Source of the DNA: Cyanophora paradoxa CCMP329
Taxonomy: Eukaryota > Plantae > Glaucophyta
Length of the DNA stretch: 64,000 nucleotides
Reading direction: 5' to 3'
Assembly: GCA_004431415.1 (NCBI GenBank)
Contig: QPMI01000662.1
Coordinates: 117,747-181,746, forward strand
Shown: positions 45,963 through 57,341 of the stretch, piece by piece
Position numbering within the stretch: the stretch's first letter is position 1
How the letters are laid out: the number at the start of each line of letters is the position of its first letter
Made by a program: the position numbers and the translations under genes
The notes under the pieces: model-generated
Told to the model about the DNA's origin: nothing
The model's input: only the letters and a program-made list of their open reading frames with translations
The model's database searches: none

Positions 45963-46426
45963 TCACGTTTTGACCAGCGACCAGCGAGGGGGAAGGCGCA
46001 GATAGGGGATACGTAAATTTCTGAGCAACGACAACCCAAGAAAGAAGCCACGATGAGGCGTGCGGACACGATCCCCTTGCAGGAGTATGAGCAAGAGTTC
46101 CGTATGGGGTGAGCTGACCGCTAGCCGAGCCCTCCTTCTGTCGAGGGGGTGCAGCTCACGCGCGGGCACCGCAGAAACAGGCCAAGTCACGCAAACAATC
46201 CGCTTATCAGAGAAGCAAAGCCACTAGGGCGTGCACCGGCCCCGGTGGACCGTGCGCCCAGCCTGCCCCGCGCCCGTCTTTTCCGGTCATATGCACAGCT
46301 CGCTGGCTTGTGGCCCGGCCAGCCTTCTGTCTTGCTCTTTTCCGTTAGCTAAGCGCTTTTCCCGGCCCGTCTAACCGCCTGGCTACCGGCGCAGCGATCC
46401 CTGACATTGAGTTCGGAATGCGGACG

Positions 46427-47418
46427 ATGTTCTCGCTGCCGGCGGCGGCGGCCTTCGTCTGGCCCAAGGGGGCGCGTAGCGAGAGGATCGCCGTGACGCC
46501 CAACAACGCGGGCCCCGAGGACCTGCGGCAGAGCCACACGAAGCGGATGGCGGGCCTCGCAAAGCTGGCGGAGACCGGTCCGCAGCGCCCCGCGCCGCGG
46601 GGACCGCCGCGGGGCGATGCCGACGGGGCGGGGCGCGCAGGGGAGAGGCCGCGGACGCGGACGGAGCTGCTGGCGATGCGGCAGGCGCGGGACGCGATCC
46701 ACTTCCCCGACGCGAAGGACCCCGCCTTCGCCTTCGGCGAGATGCGCAAGTGCGGCCCTCGGGTGGCCCCCGCGCGGCACGCCGGCGGCCCCTGACGGGG
46801 CGGGCGGGGGGCAGGGACCTGGCGGACATGAAGGCGGTGATCCAGTGCGTGGACTTCAACACGCAGATGCGGGCGGCGCGGGCGGCGGCGGAGCGGGAGG
46901 CGCGGGAGCGGAACCAGCGGAGCTCGGAGACGCAGACGCCGGCGCGGGCGCCCGTGGCGGCGCCGGACGAGGAGGCGCGGGAGCACGCGCGGGAGCGGCG
47001 GCGCGAGTCGGTGCAGCGGTACGAGGAGCGGGAGCGGCGGGGCGAGGAGGGCGGGCGGCGGGGCGAGCTCGAGCGACAGGGCAGCCGCCTCGCCTCGGCC
47101 CTCATCGAGAAGCCCCTCTACAAGCCCGCCACCCCCGCCGCCTCCCGCCCCGCCTCCGCGGGGCCCCGCTCCCGCCCGGCGACCGCCGCGGCGGCCTCGG
47201 AGGCGGCGCGGCCGCGGGCAGTGACGCCCCAGCGGCGGAACTCGGCGATCAAGCCGGCGGCGCCGTCGGCGGCGGTGGCGGCGGAGGCGCGGCGGCGGGC
47301 GGGGACGGCGGAGCGGGAGGCGCGGGCGGGGGGCGAGGGGGAGCGGCGGAAGAGCGTCTCGGTGCAGGCGACGGGGAGCGTCTGCTCCGAGTGCGGGCAC
47401 CACCGCCACCGCTACTAG
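46427..47418 (+). CDS. Hypothetical protein (about 3 exons)
   Basis: Coding-like exons joined by typical introns, ending in VCSECGHHRHRY*; no family recognised. Confidence 0.45.
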
Positions 47419-47734
47419 CGGGCAGCAGCCCTCTCCCCCTTCCCTTCCCTTCCTTGTCCCATTCCCCGTCCCTTTTGTACGTACGATCCCGATCCTCGAC
47501 CACCATTCCCGCTCCGATCGCCACGCGCCGAAGGTTCCTCGAGCTCGAGGGACCCTACTCTTTCCTCGACCCTACAGCTGACCTCGTTGCTGCCTATGCT
47601 TCAGCCTAAAATAAGAGCTACCTGCTCCTGCACCTGATCTCGTTCCTATCTATCTATCAAGCTCATTTAATGCCACCTGCTGCACTGCACCTTCTATCTC
47701 AAGAGCCAGCCGGCCCTTACAGAAACAATGAAGC

Positions 47735-50700
47735 TCAAGGCTCCTCAGGGATGACCGCGAGGCCGGCGGTGGCGGCCGCCGAGGCGCGGGCGGCCGCCAG
47801 CGGGCGCACGGGCGCCGGGGCCGCCGGCATCACCACCCGCAGCGTCTTCTTGCCGCCGCCCTCGCCCCCGCCGGGGCTGGCCCGCACGCCGGCGCCCGTC
47901 GCGGGGTTGCCGGTCAGCCAGCAGGCGGAGCCCTCGCCGCTTGACCGCGGGCTCGGGGCCCCCGCCGCCGCCTCCCCCTCGGTGCTCTTCCGGGCCCGCA
48001 GGTGCCAGGTGGCGACGGGGGCGGCCCCGGCGGCGGCGCCCTCCTCCGCGGGGCGCCCCGCCGCCTTCCTGCGAAGCTTCTTGGCCCACGCGGCCTGCAC
48101 GGCGGCCCCCGCGGCGACGGCGGCCCCCGCGACGTCCTCCTCCCGGCCGGAGACGGGCCCCGCCCGCCTCTCGTCGACGCGCATGAGGCTCTGGTAGTTG
48201 TCGGGGTCGGCGCGGGCGGCGGCGTCGGCGCTGCGGCGCTCCTCGCCGCGAGCGCGCATCTCCTCCGCCGCGAAGCGCGCCGTCTCCGAGGTCCCCTCGC
48301 GGGGTACGAGGAGCCCGAACTCCGGCCCCCGGCACGGGCAGTCTGCGCCCCCGGCCCCGGACCTTCAGCCCGGCCCCCGCGCCGCGACTTGCGAGGGCCG
48401 CCGGGCGCACCGATGAGGCCGTCGCCGTGCGCGAGCATCGTCTCGCCCCCCGCCCCGCCCTCCACCTTCCTCTCCTTCCGCGCCGTCTGCGCCCCGCCCC
48501 GCTCGGAGGGGGTACCAAAATGCGCAAGCGGGGCGCGGGCGAGCCTGGCGGTCGAAGTCGATGAGGGAGCCCGAGGCGTCGCGGGCGGGCACGGTCGGCT
48601 GGTACTTGAACTCGGAGCCCTCCAGCACCCGGTCGGGGTCGGGCCCCGGCTCCGGCCGCGCGATCTGCAGCTCCATCTCCACGAACCTGTACCCCGCGCC
48701 TGAGAGGGTGTACCCCGCGCAGCTCGAACTCGAAAGCGCGTACCCCTTGACGCTGCGGCGGACGGTGGGGTCGTACTTGAGCTCCTGGCCCTCGGCCGGC
48801 TCGGGCTGGGGCAGGTCCTCCCGCCCCATCTGGCGGTCGAGCGGGAGTGCGCCGCCGCGGGAGGCGCGCGGCTCGACGGCCTCCCGCCGGACGTCGTACT
48901 TCAGCTCCTGGCCCTCCTCGAGCTCCCGGGGGGCGAGGGCGCCCCCGTCCCGCGCCGCCGAGCGGCTCAGGTCCGGCACGGAGACGTCCGTGCGGGGCTT
49001 GACCAGCGAGAGCCGCGGCTCGTACTTCAGCTCCTGGCCCTCCTCCGCCTGCGCTCCCTCGCTCAGAAACGCTGGAACGGGGGAGAAAGGACGGCAGGGC
49101 GGGCCTCCGGGGCGGGCAGGTCCTCGCGGCCCAGAGCGGTGCGGAAGGCGGGGGCGCCGGGGGCCCGCGGCAGCACCGCCTCCGGCCGCGGGTCGTACTT
49201 CAGCTCGCTCCCCTCCTCCGCCTTCTTCGCGCCCAGCGGCCTGGCCCGCGCCGCCCCGCGTCGGGATAGGGAAAGAAAGGGGATGGGAGCTGGCGGGGGG
49301 CGCACCCGCCCTCGGCGGGGCGGCCCGTGGCGAGGGCCATGGAGGGCCCCGGGACGTGCCGGGGCACCTCGGGGTCGTACTTCAGCTCGCTCCCCTCCTC
49401 CGCCTGCCGCCCCGAACGCTCGAGGCCAGGGGGGAGGGGGAGAGGGTGGGGAGGGGCGGGGCGCACGGCGGGGGGCGGCTCGGGGCGGCCGGGGAGGCGG
49501 GCGAAGTCGGGGACGGAGGCGTCGGTGCGGGGCTTGACCAGCGAAAGCCGCGGCTCGTACTTGAGCTCCTGGCCCTCCTCCAGGGCCGCCTCCGCCTCGG
49601 GGCGCCCCGCCTGCCGCTCGAACTCGGGGGCGCCCCTCAGCGACGGCAGCGTCTGCGAGTAGCTCGGGCGGTACAGCAGCCCGTCCGGCACCTCCCCGCG
49701 CCCCCGCGCCTCCGCCCGCTCCAGGTCCTGCGCCCCACGCGTCGGGCCGGGGGGGAGGAAGGGCGAGGGGGTACGGGGCGCTCGCCTGGCGGGAGACGCG
49801 GGCGCCGAAGTCGACGGCGGGGAGGGCGGGCTCGACGGCGGCGTATCCCCGCTCGGGGTGGTAGAGGAGGGCGTCGGCACCCTCGCCGGCGGCCTCGAAG
49901 AGCTGCCGCGGGCGCGCGCGGTGCCGCGCCATCAGCGGCGCCGGCATCGCCGGCCGCAGCGCGTCGTCCCGTGGGTCCAGCGGCGTGTCCCTGCTCGCCG
50001 AGGTCAGGGAAGAGGGGCGGGCGGGGAGAAGGGCGCGCGGACTCGTAGAAGGAGGCGCGGGCGAGGCCGGAGGCGGGGCGGGGCAGCTGGCGGGCGAAGT
50101 CGGGGGGCGCCGGGGCCGCCGGCCGCGTCGCCTCGTCGCTCGGCTCCAGAAGCAGGACGTCCCCCTGGGGCGAGGGGCGTGAGGGGGCGCGCCGGGCGGG
50201 GGCACGGCGGGCGTCTGCGGGGACCTCGCGGGCCCGCTGCGGCGGCCGTCGTCGGGCCCGCGCCCCGTGGGCGCCCCTTCGAGTAGTCCACCATCGAGGG
50301 CGGCGCCGGGAGCACGGCCGCCGGGTCAGGGCGGTAGCGGCCGGGCCCCGGCGGCTGCTCCCGCGCCCGCTCCTCCTCCCGCCTCGCCGCCTCCTCGGGG
50401 TCCGGCGGCGCCGCTGCGTCCCGTCCCCAAGTCAGCCGCGGAGGAAGAGTGGCGGAGGAGGGGCGGGCGGGGCGGACAGATGACGGCGGCGGGGGCGCGC
50501 GGCCGGACCAGGTCCTCCTTTGGGTCGTAGTCGGCGTCCGGGGCGGCGGCGAGGGCGCCCGGCAGGCCCGGGCGGGCCGTCTGGCGGGCGAACTCGAGGG
50601 GGCCGGCGGAGCGGCGCGGGGCGACGAGGGCCTCGCCCCGGGCGGGGTCGAGGTCGAGGGCGTCGCCGCCCTCGGACGGGGCCGGCGGGGCGAGGCGGCC

Positions 50701-53700
50701 GGTGTCGGACTGCCGCGCGAGGTCGGGCACCGAGCGGACCGAGGCCTCCACGAGGCGGCGCGAGGGGCGGTACCGGAACCCGTCCACCCCGCTGTCCGCC
50801 TGCGCCGGCGTGAGACGGGCGGCGGGAGCGCAGAGAGGAAGGGGCGCTCGCCTGGGCGGGGAGCTCGTCGCGCTCGGTCTGGCGCTCGAAGGGGACGGGC
50901 CCCGGCGCCCCCGGCCGCACGGCGTCCAGGTTCGGCTCGTACGGCGCGTCCCGGTAGCGTTCGGGCAGCGCGGGCGGCGGGGCGTTGGACGGCTCCGGGG
51001 CGATGAGGGCCGCCGGGGCGGAGGGGCGGACCGCGTCGGCGGCGGCGGCGGCCTCGAGGACGAGCAGGTCGCCCTCGGCGGGGCCGGCGGCGCCCTCCGG
51101 GAAGCGGGCGGAGGCGCGCGCGAAGTCGGCGGCGGGGGCCCGCGGCCGCGCCGCCGCGTCGTCGGGGCGGTAGCGGCCGGGCCCCGGCGGCTGCTCCCGG
51201 GCCCGCTCCCACTCGCGCCGCGCGGCCTCCTCGGGGTCGGGCGGCTCTCCGAAGTCGGGGGCGGGGGCGCGGGCCGGACGAGGGCGTCGGCCTCCTCGAC
51301 GCGGTACACGACGTCGCGCCGCTGCGGCTTCGGCGTCGGGTCGGGCCGCGGCACCTGCCGCGCCATCTCCACCGCCGCCCCGCGCCGCGGCGCCAGCGCC
51401 TCCGCCGCCCGCGCCGCGTCCAGGTCCAGCGCGTCCCCGCCCTCCGGCGCGCCCCGGCCTCCAGCCGCTCCCCGGCCGCCGCCCGCGGCACCGTGTACGC
51501 CGGCCCCGCTGCCTCGACCGCCGAGTACCGCACGTCGAGCGGGGTCTGGGCCTCCTCGGGGGCCGGCGCCGGGTCCCCCCGGGGCAGCATCTTCGCGAAC
51601 TCCACGAGGGGCGTCGAGCCCGGCGGCCGCGGCCGCGCCGCGTCCAGGTTCGGCTCGTACGGCGCGTCCCGGTAGCGCTCCGGGAGCGCGGGCGGCGGGG
51701 CGTTGGACGGCTCCGGGGCGATGAGGGCCGCCGGGACGGAGGGGCGGACAAGGGACAGCGACGGCTACAGCGGGGCGAGGGCGTCAGGCGCGTCGCGGCG
51801 CGGCTTGGCGCGGCGGGCGGCGGGGCGCACGCGAATGGGGATGCGGTCTCCGTCGCGGGGCGGCGGCTTGGGCGGGAGCGAGCCGTCGGCGGGGTAGTCA
51901 AAGCTGCGGGCGGGTGAGGGGGCGCGGGAAGAAGGCGGGGGCGGGCGGGGCACCGCATGGAGGAGCTCCGGCCGAAGCGGGCGGCGGGGGCGTCGGGCTC
52001 GAGCGCCGCCGCCGCCGCCCCCGCCTCGTACGCCCCGGGGCCCAGCGCCGCCTCCTGCGCGGCGGCGGTCGAGGGAGGCCCCCAGGCGCAGGGCGCGGGG
52101 AAAGGGGTAGGCGGCACCTCCTCCTTGGCGCGGGAGGGGAAGCGGACGGAGGAGCGCGCGAGGTCGGGCACGGAGACCGAGGCCGAGGGGCGGACCTGGG
52201 GAGGGTACGGGTTCAAGAGATGAAGAGAAGGGAAGAATGAGAGGGGTACGGGGCGCACGGCGTCGAGGTTGACGTCGTAGAAGAGGCGCGGGGGCTCCCA
52301 GGCCTGGGTCCGTGGGGCCGGCGCCGGCGCGAGCCTCGCGGAGGGCCGCCGCGGCCGCAGCGCCGCGTCCGCCGCCGCCGCGTCCAGCAGCAGCCGGTCC
52401 CCCTCCGCGAACTGCGGCGGGGGGCGTCAGGGGTACGGCGATGGATGATAGGGGAGCGCGGCGCGCCTGCTCGAGGGGGAGGGGGACGGGGAGCGCCGCT
52501 GCGAGGCGCGGACCGAGTCGCCCCGCGCCTGCGCGGCGCCGCCGCCGCCGGGGCGGGCCCCGCCTCCGCCTCCGCCTGCTCCTCCTCCTCCGCCTCCTCC
52601 GGCACGGCCGGGGCGGGGCCGGGGCGCCGGCGGTCGGGGCGCGGGCGCGGCCGCGCTCGCGGGGGCCTCCTCGCGGCGGGGGATGGCGCCGCCGACGACG
52701 CGGCGCTCCGTGAGGGAGTAGCGGACGTCGTAGACGAGCTCGCCGCGGGCCCGGCCCGCGCCCCGCCCGCCCCACCCCCGCCTCCCGCCCCGCGCGCTTC
52801 CCGAAGTCGGGGCGGGGGCGCGGGCCGGACGGCGGCCTCGCTGGCGGCCAGGTCGATGGCGAAGGAGGCGAGGGAGCCGCCCGCCCGCCGCCGCGCCGCC
52901 GAGGCCCGCCGCCGGTCCCGCGCCCGCCGGGCCCCGCGTCGCTGTCCGCCCCGTCCGTCGCCCACCCGGCCCCGCCGCGAAACTCGCCGCCGGCACGCGC
53001 GGGAGGACGGCGCCCACCGCGGGTCGTACTGGCCCGGGCCTGCGCGCGGCTCAGGCGGGGCGAGCGCGGGGGGCGCGAGGGGCGATGGGGCGCGCCTGGC
53101 GTGCCGCGGCGGGCGCGGCGGCGGAGGAAGGCGAGGAAGGCCTTGCGGGCGGCCCCGCGGGCGTCCGCCGCCTCCCGCTCCGACAGCGCCCCGCCGTGCG
53201 GCCCGAAGGCCGTCCCCTGCGGCCGCGGCCGCGTGTACGAGTCCCGGGGTCGTAGGCGCCGGGCCCGGGCGGGGCGGGCGGGCGGGCGGCGAGGGCGAGC
53301 GCTCGAGGTCGATGAACTCGAGGTCCGAGTCGTCGCTGTCGGGCGCGTAGCGGTGCCGCCGCGGCGGCGGCGCCGGCTGCGGCGGCGGCGCGATCACCGC
53401 CGCCGGGTTCCGCGGCCTCACGCCCTCATAGCGCGGCTCGTAGGCCCCCGGGCCGAGCTTCCGCTGGTGCTCCTCCACCCTGAACTGCAGCCGCTCCGCC
53501 GCCGCCGCTGCTGCGGCTGCCGCCGCCGCGCTGAGGCCCTCCGCCAGGGCGAGCGGCGGCACGACGGGCGTGGGGAGCGGCGCGAAGGTCGCCGTGGGCG
53601 GCCGCCGTCGCGTGTAGGCGTCCGCCCGCACCATCGTCGTGTCCACGTCGTCACCCTCTGCTCGCCGCGGGCGCCCCGCGCCCTCCCGCTGCGAAGCCTC

Positions 53701-54183
53701 GCCCGACTCCTCGTCTTTTTTGAACGGCGCGGCGCGTGGGGCGCGCCCGAACGTGCCGGCGTACACCCGCCGGCTGACCACCGCGTACTGAGGCTCATAT
53801 GCTCCAGGCCCGGGGGCGGTCCCGCGCTCACCCTGTCCGGGGGCGGTCATCGGCCTGCCGGGCGGCGGCGAGCGGCTGCGGCTGCGGCGGCGGCCGGTGC
53901 TGGGCCGAGCACGTCCCGCCTGAGCATCCTCCTCACCGCTGGCATCGCCCTCGAACGCCGCTCCTGCCCGCCGCAGCCGCTTGCTCTCCCGGCGGCTGCC
54001 GACGCTGACGCTGCGGCCCTCGCGGCGTGGAGGCGTGCGCGGCGGCGTTGCCGGCCTGTCCAACACGTCAGCATAGTCGTAGCCGACGTCGACGACATCG
54101 TCCCAGACCGCCAGCGACTCCTCGAACTCGCCGAGGGCGCCAGCCAGCCGGGCCAGCACGCCCGGGCCGAACTGCTGGATCAT
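47735..54183 (-). CDS. Large PG-rich repeat protein (SHIPPO/STPG/ODF3-like), probably ciliary; multi-exon
   Basis: Recurrent PGPGAYEP, LGPGAYE, PGPGQYDP and PGPGRYRP motifs plus EEGxELKYDP repeats. An internal duplication (about 50920-51030 vs 51640-51750) is visible. Confidence 0.6.
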
Positions 54184-54294
54184 CGCATCACCTAGCTACG
54201 GTTTTCATGGCTTCGCAAAGCCTGTGTGCCCGGCGGCGGCTTTCGCACCTCATTCGAAAGTTCTGCCTGTACCCGGGCGGGAAGCGAAAAAAAG

Positions 54295-56224
54295 ATGGAC
54301 CGCAGCCAGGTCCCGCTGGCGGGCCCGGTGATGCCGGGAATGGGACCGCCGCGCGATTTGAGGAAAGCTGCGCTGACCTCGGCCGCGGCCGCCGCTCCGA
54401 TGGGTCCGCCGCCGGCTCCAGCTGCCTCGCTCGTGTGCGCAGCCGCCGTGCGCAATACTTGCCGATCCTGGCCGTTGACGCCCGCGCGTCAGGCCCCCGC
54501 AGGCTCCGGTCCGCGGCTTGAAGAAGGAATTCACACCCGTCGAGTGGAGCGCATACTTCGATCGCAAAGAGACGATCCGTGTCGGCGAAAGCATATCCTC
54601 TCTCCGGCTGCTTCCTCCCGTGCTCTAGATTTGCGCGCGCCGCCCTTGACGCGCGCCCTGCACTCGTTCAACGCGTACTTCGCGGGGACGGCCGGCCCCG
54701 TCTTCGTCCTCCTGCACGGCGCCGGCCACTCCGGCCTAAGCTGGGCCGTCTGCGCGGTCCGCCGGCGCCACGCGCGACTCGGCAGGGCGGCAGCTAACGC
54801 GGAGCGGGAACTGTCGCCGGCGCGCGCATGCGCAGTCGCACCTGAAGCAGCGGTGCCGGGTGATGGCGTACGACTTCCGGGGCCACGGGGAGACGGAGAC
54901 GGCGGACGCCGGCAACCTCGCCGCCGACGTCCTCGTCCAGGCGCGCCGGCCCCGGGGCCGGCGCCGGGGCCGCTCGCTGAGGGGGGCGGCAGGACACGGT
55001 GGACGTCGTCAAGGCCGTCTACGGCGAGGAGCAGCCGCCCATCGTCCTCGTCGGCCACAGGCGCCCCCGCCGCCCGCCCGCCCGCCCGCCCTGCGCGGCC
55101 GGGGGCGACGGGGCGGGGCAGCATGGGCGGGGCGATTGCGGCGCGGGCGGCGGTGGCGGTGGAGGGCATCCCCTCCCTCGCCGGCCTCGCCGTCATCGAC
55201 GTCGTCGAGGGCACCGCCCTCCAGGCCCGCCCCGCCCCGCCCCGGCCCCTTCCCTGAGCGGGGGGCTGAGGGGGCGGGGGCGGCAGAGCCTGCAGCACAT
55301 GCGGGGCGTCCTGCAGCAGCGCCCCCCGGGCTTCGAGTCCCTGCCCCGCGCCATCGAGTGGAGGCGCCGCCCCCGCCCCCGACCCCCCGCCCCGCCCCCG
55401 CCACCGCCCCCTCACGGCCCCGCGCAGCGTCAAGAGCGGGACGCTGAGGAGCGTGGCGAGCGCCCGCGTCTCCTTCCCGGGGCAGGCGCGTGCCCTCCAG
55501 GTCCCCAGCATCCCGCCGCCCGAGTTTCGAGCCCCCGTGCGCGCAGTTGAAGGCGCTGGGGAACGGCAAGTACGGCTGGCGCATCGACCTCTTCGAGAGC
55601 GAGCGCTACTGGCACGGTGCCGTACCCCTCTTCGACGTCCCGTGCCTCTCTCGCCTGAGGGTTGCGCATGCGCAGGCTGGTTCGCGGGGCTGTCGGAGCT
55701 CTTCCTCTCGGCGCGCGTCCCGAAGATGCTGCTCGTCGCCGGCACCGACCGCCTCGACCGGCCCCTCACCATCGCCCAGATGCAGGCTCGAGTCCCCGCC
55801 GGCCCCTTTCCCTCCTGCTTCCTCTCTGATTCGAGATTTCGCAGGGCAAGTTCCAGCTCGCGCTGATATACGGCACCGGCCACTCCGTACACGAGGCGCG
55901 TACCCCTCGTCGTCCCCCTCCCCCTGTTTCGACCCCGTACCCCAGGACGAGCCGGAGAAGACGGCGGGCCAGCTGCTGGAGTTTGTCGAAAGGAACCGCG
56001 TGGGCATGGGCCCCCTCGTACCCGTCCCCGGGCACCCCCCCATCTCCCCCGCCGTACCCCGCCCCCCGGTCCCCCTCGCTGGGCCTCTCGCTGGGCCCGC
56101 GGCGGCGCCGCGGCCTCCGAGGCCCGCCCCAGGCGCATCGGCAGATTGCCCCGGGGCAGTACCCCTCCCGCACTTCGGAGGGGAGACGGTCGAGGAGGGG
56201 GACGAGGAGGTTGACGCCCCGTAG
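54295..56224 (+). CDS. PPME1: Protein phosphatase methylesterase 1 (PME-1), multi-exon
   Basis: FTPVEWSAYF, LLHGAGHSGLSWA, DFRGHGET, GH|SMGGAIA, IDVVEGTA, WFAGLSELFL, LVAGTDRLDRPLTIAQMQ|GKFQ, GHSVHE|DEP. Confidence 0.92.
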
Positions 56225-57341
56225 GTCTTAGGTGTAGGTGCAGGCCTGCACATTCTTCTATTTTTGCAGTTTTGCTTGAAAAGGCACCATTGCTGTGGCT
56301 AGTGTGGCTAGGAGCTATCCGAGTGCTGAAGTGCTAAATTCAAGTGCCAAAAAGCTCCGCCGCCGCCGCCGCCAGCAGCGCCTCCCGCGCCCACAGCCGC
56401 GCCACCCGCTGCAGCGCCTGCGCGTCTGCGCGCAGCGCTCAGCGCTAGCCGGCGGGGGCGGGGCGGGGCGGGGCGGGGCGGGCCGAGGGGACGCGGGCGT
56501 AGGTGCAGGAGGCGTGGTCGGGGAGGGCCGCCAGGAGCGCCTCGTCCGCCCCGTCCTCCGCCCGCCCGCCGCCGCCCACACGAACTCCAGCGCCGCCCCC
56601 GCCGCCCCGCCCGTTCGCACGCGCGCCCGTACGACGCCGACGCGAACCCCCGCAGCGAGAGCACCGTCACGCGCGGCGGCGCAGCCGGCGGCGCCCCGGG
56701 CGCCGGCGCCGGGCGCGCCGCGACCGCCGCGTCCACGAGCTCGGCCAGCTGGTCCCCGGGCTCCGCGGCGCCTGTTGCGCGCGCGTCGGGCGAGGGACGT
56801 GGAGGGGCGAGGGAGCGCGCACGTCTGCCGGCGCCGGCAGAACCATCGAGCACACGCGCGAGCCCCAGGGGCGGCGGCGGCGCGCCCTGCGAGGACAGCG
56901 CGCACGCGAGCTCCGCGAATGTCCTCAGCGCGTCCCGCGCGTGCGCGGCGAAGGCGGCCGTGTCGCTTCCGGGCCTTGCGCAGGCCCGCAGGCACCGCTG
57001 AAGTGAAACGCGGCCCGCTTGGGGATGGGGCCGCGATCGGAGGGGGGTACCGAACCTGCGGAGTCTAGCGTTGATCTGGTCGCTGATCACCGCGGCCGGC
57101 CATCACGGCGAGAACGCGAGCCCCAGCTCCGAAGGCGCATGCGAAGCGCCAAATGAGCTAGGCTGGACTTTCGGCGAACGCCGGTTGCGTCGAGTCAGAG
57201 CGTTTGTTCGTTTCGGGCATCACATCGCGCGGACCTCGGACGGAGCACGTCGATGCGCGTGCCGGTTGCAGACGGGAGCGGACTCGCGTAGAACGGCATT
57301 GCGGGCTCGGCGCCCGCAGCGACACATCGCGGCGCGGAGAA

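Noticed and set aside
56308-57090. Possible small minus-strand gene between PME-1 and the phytochrome-PDE
   Set aside because: There are some exon- and intron-like signals, but no recognisable domain or defensible gene model.
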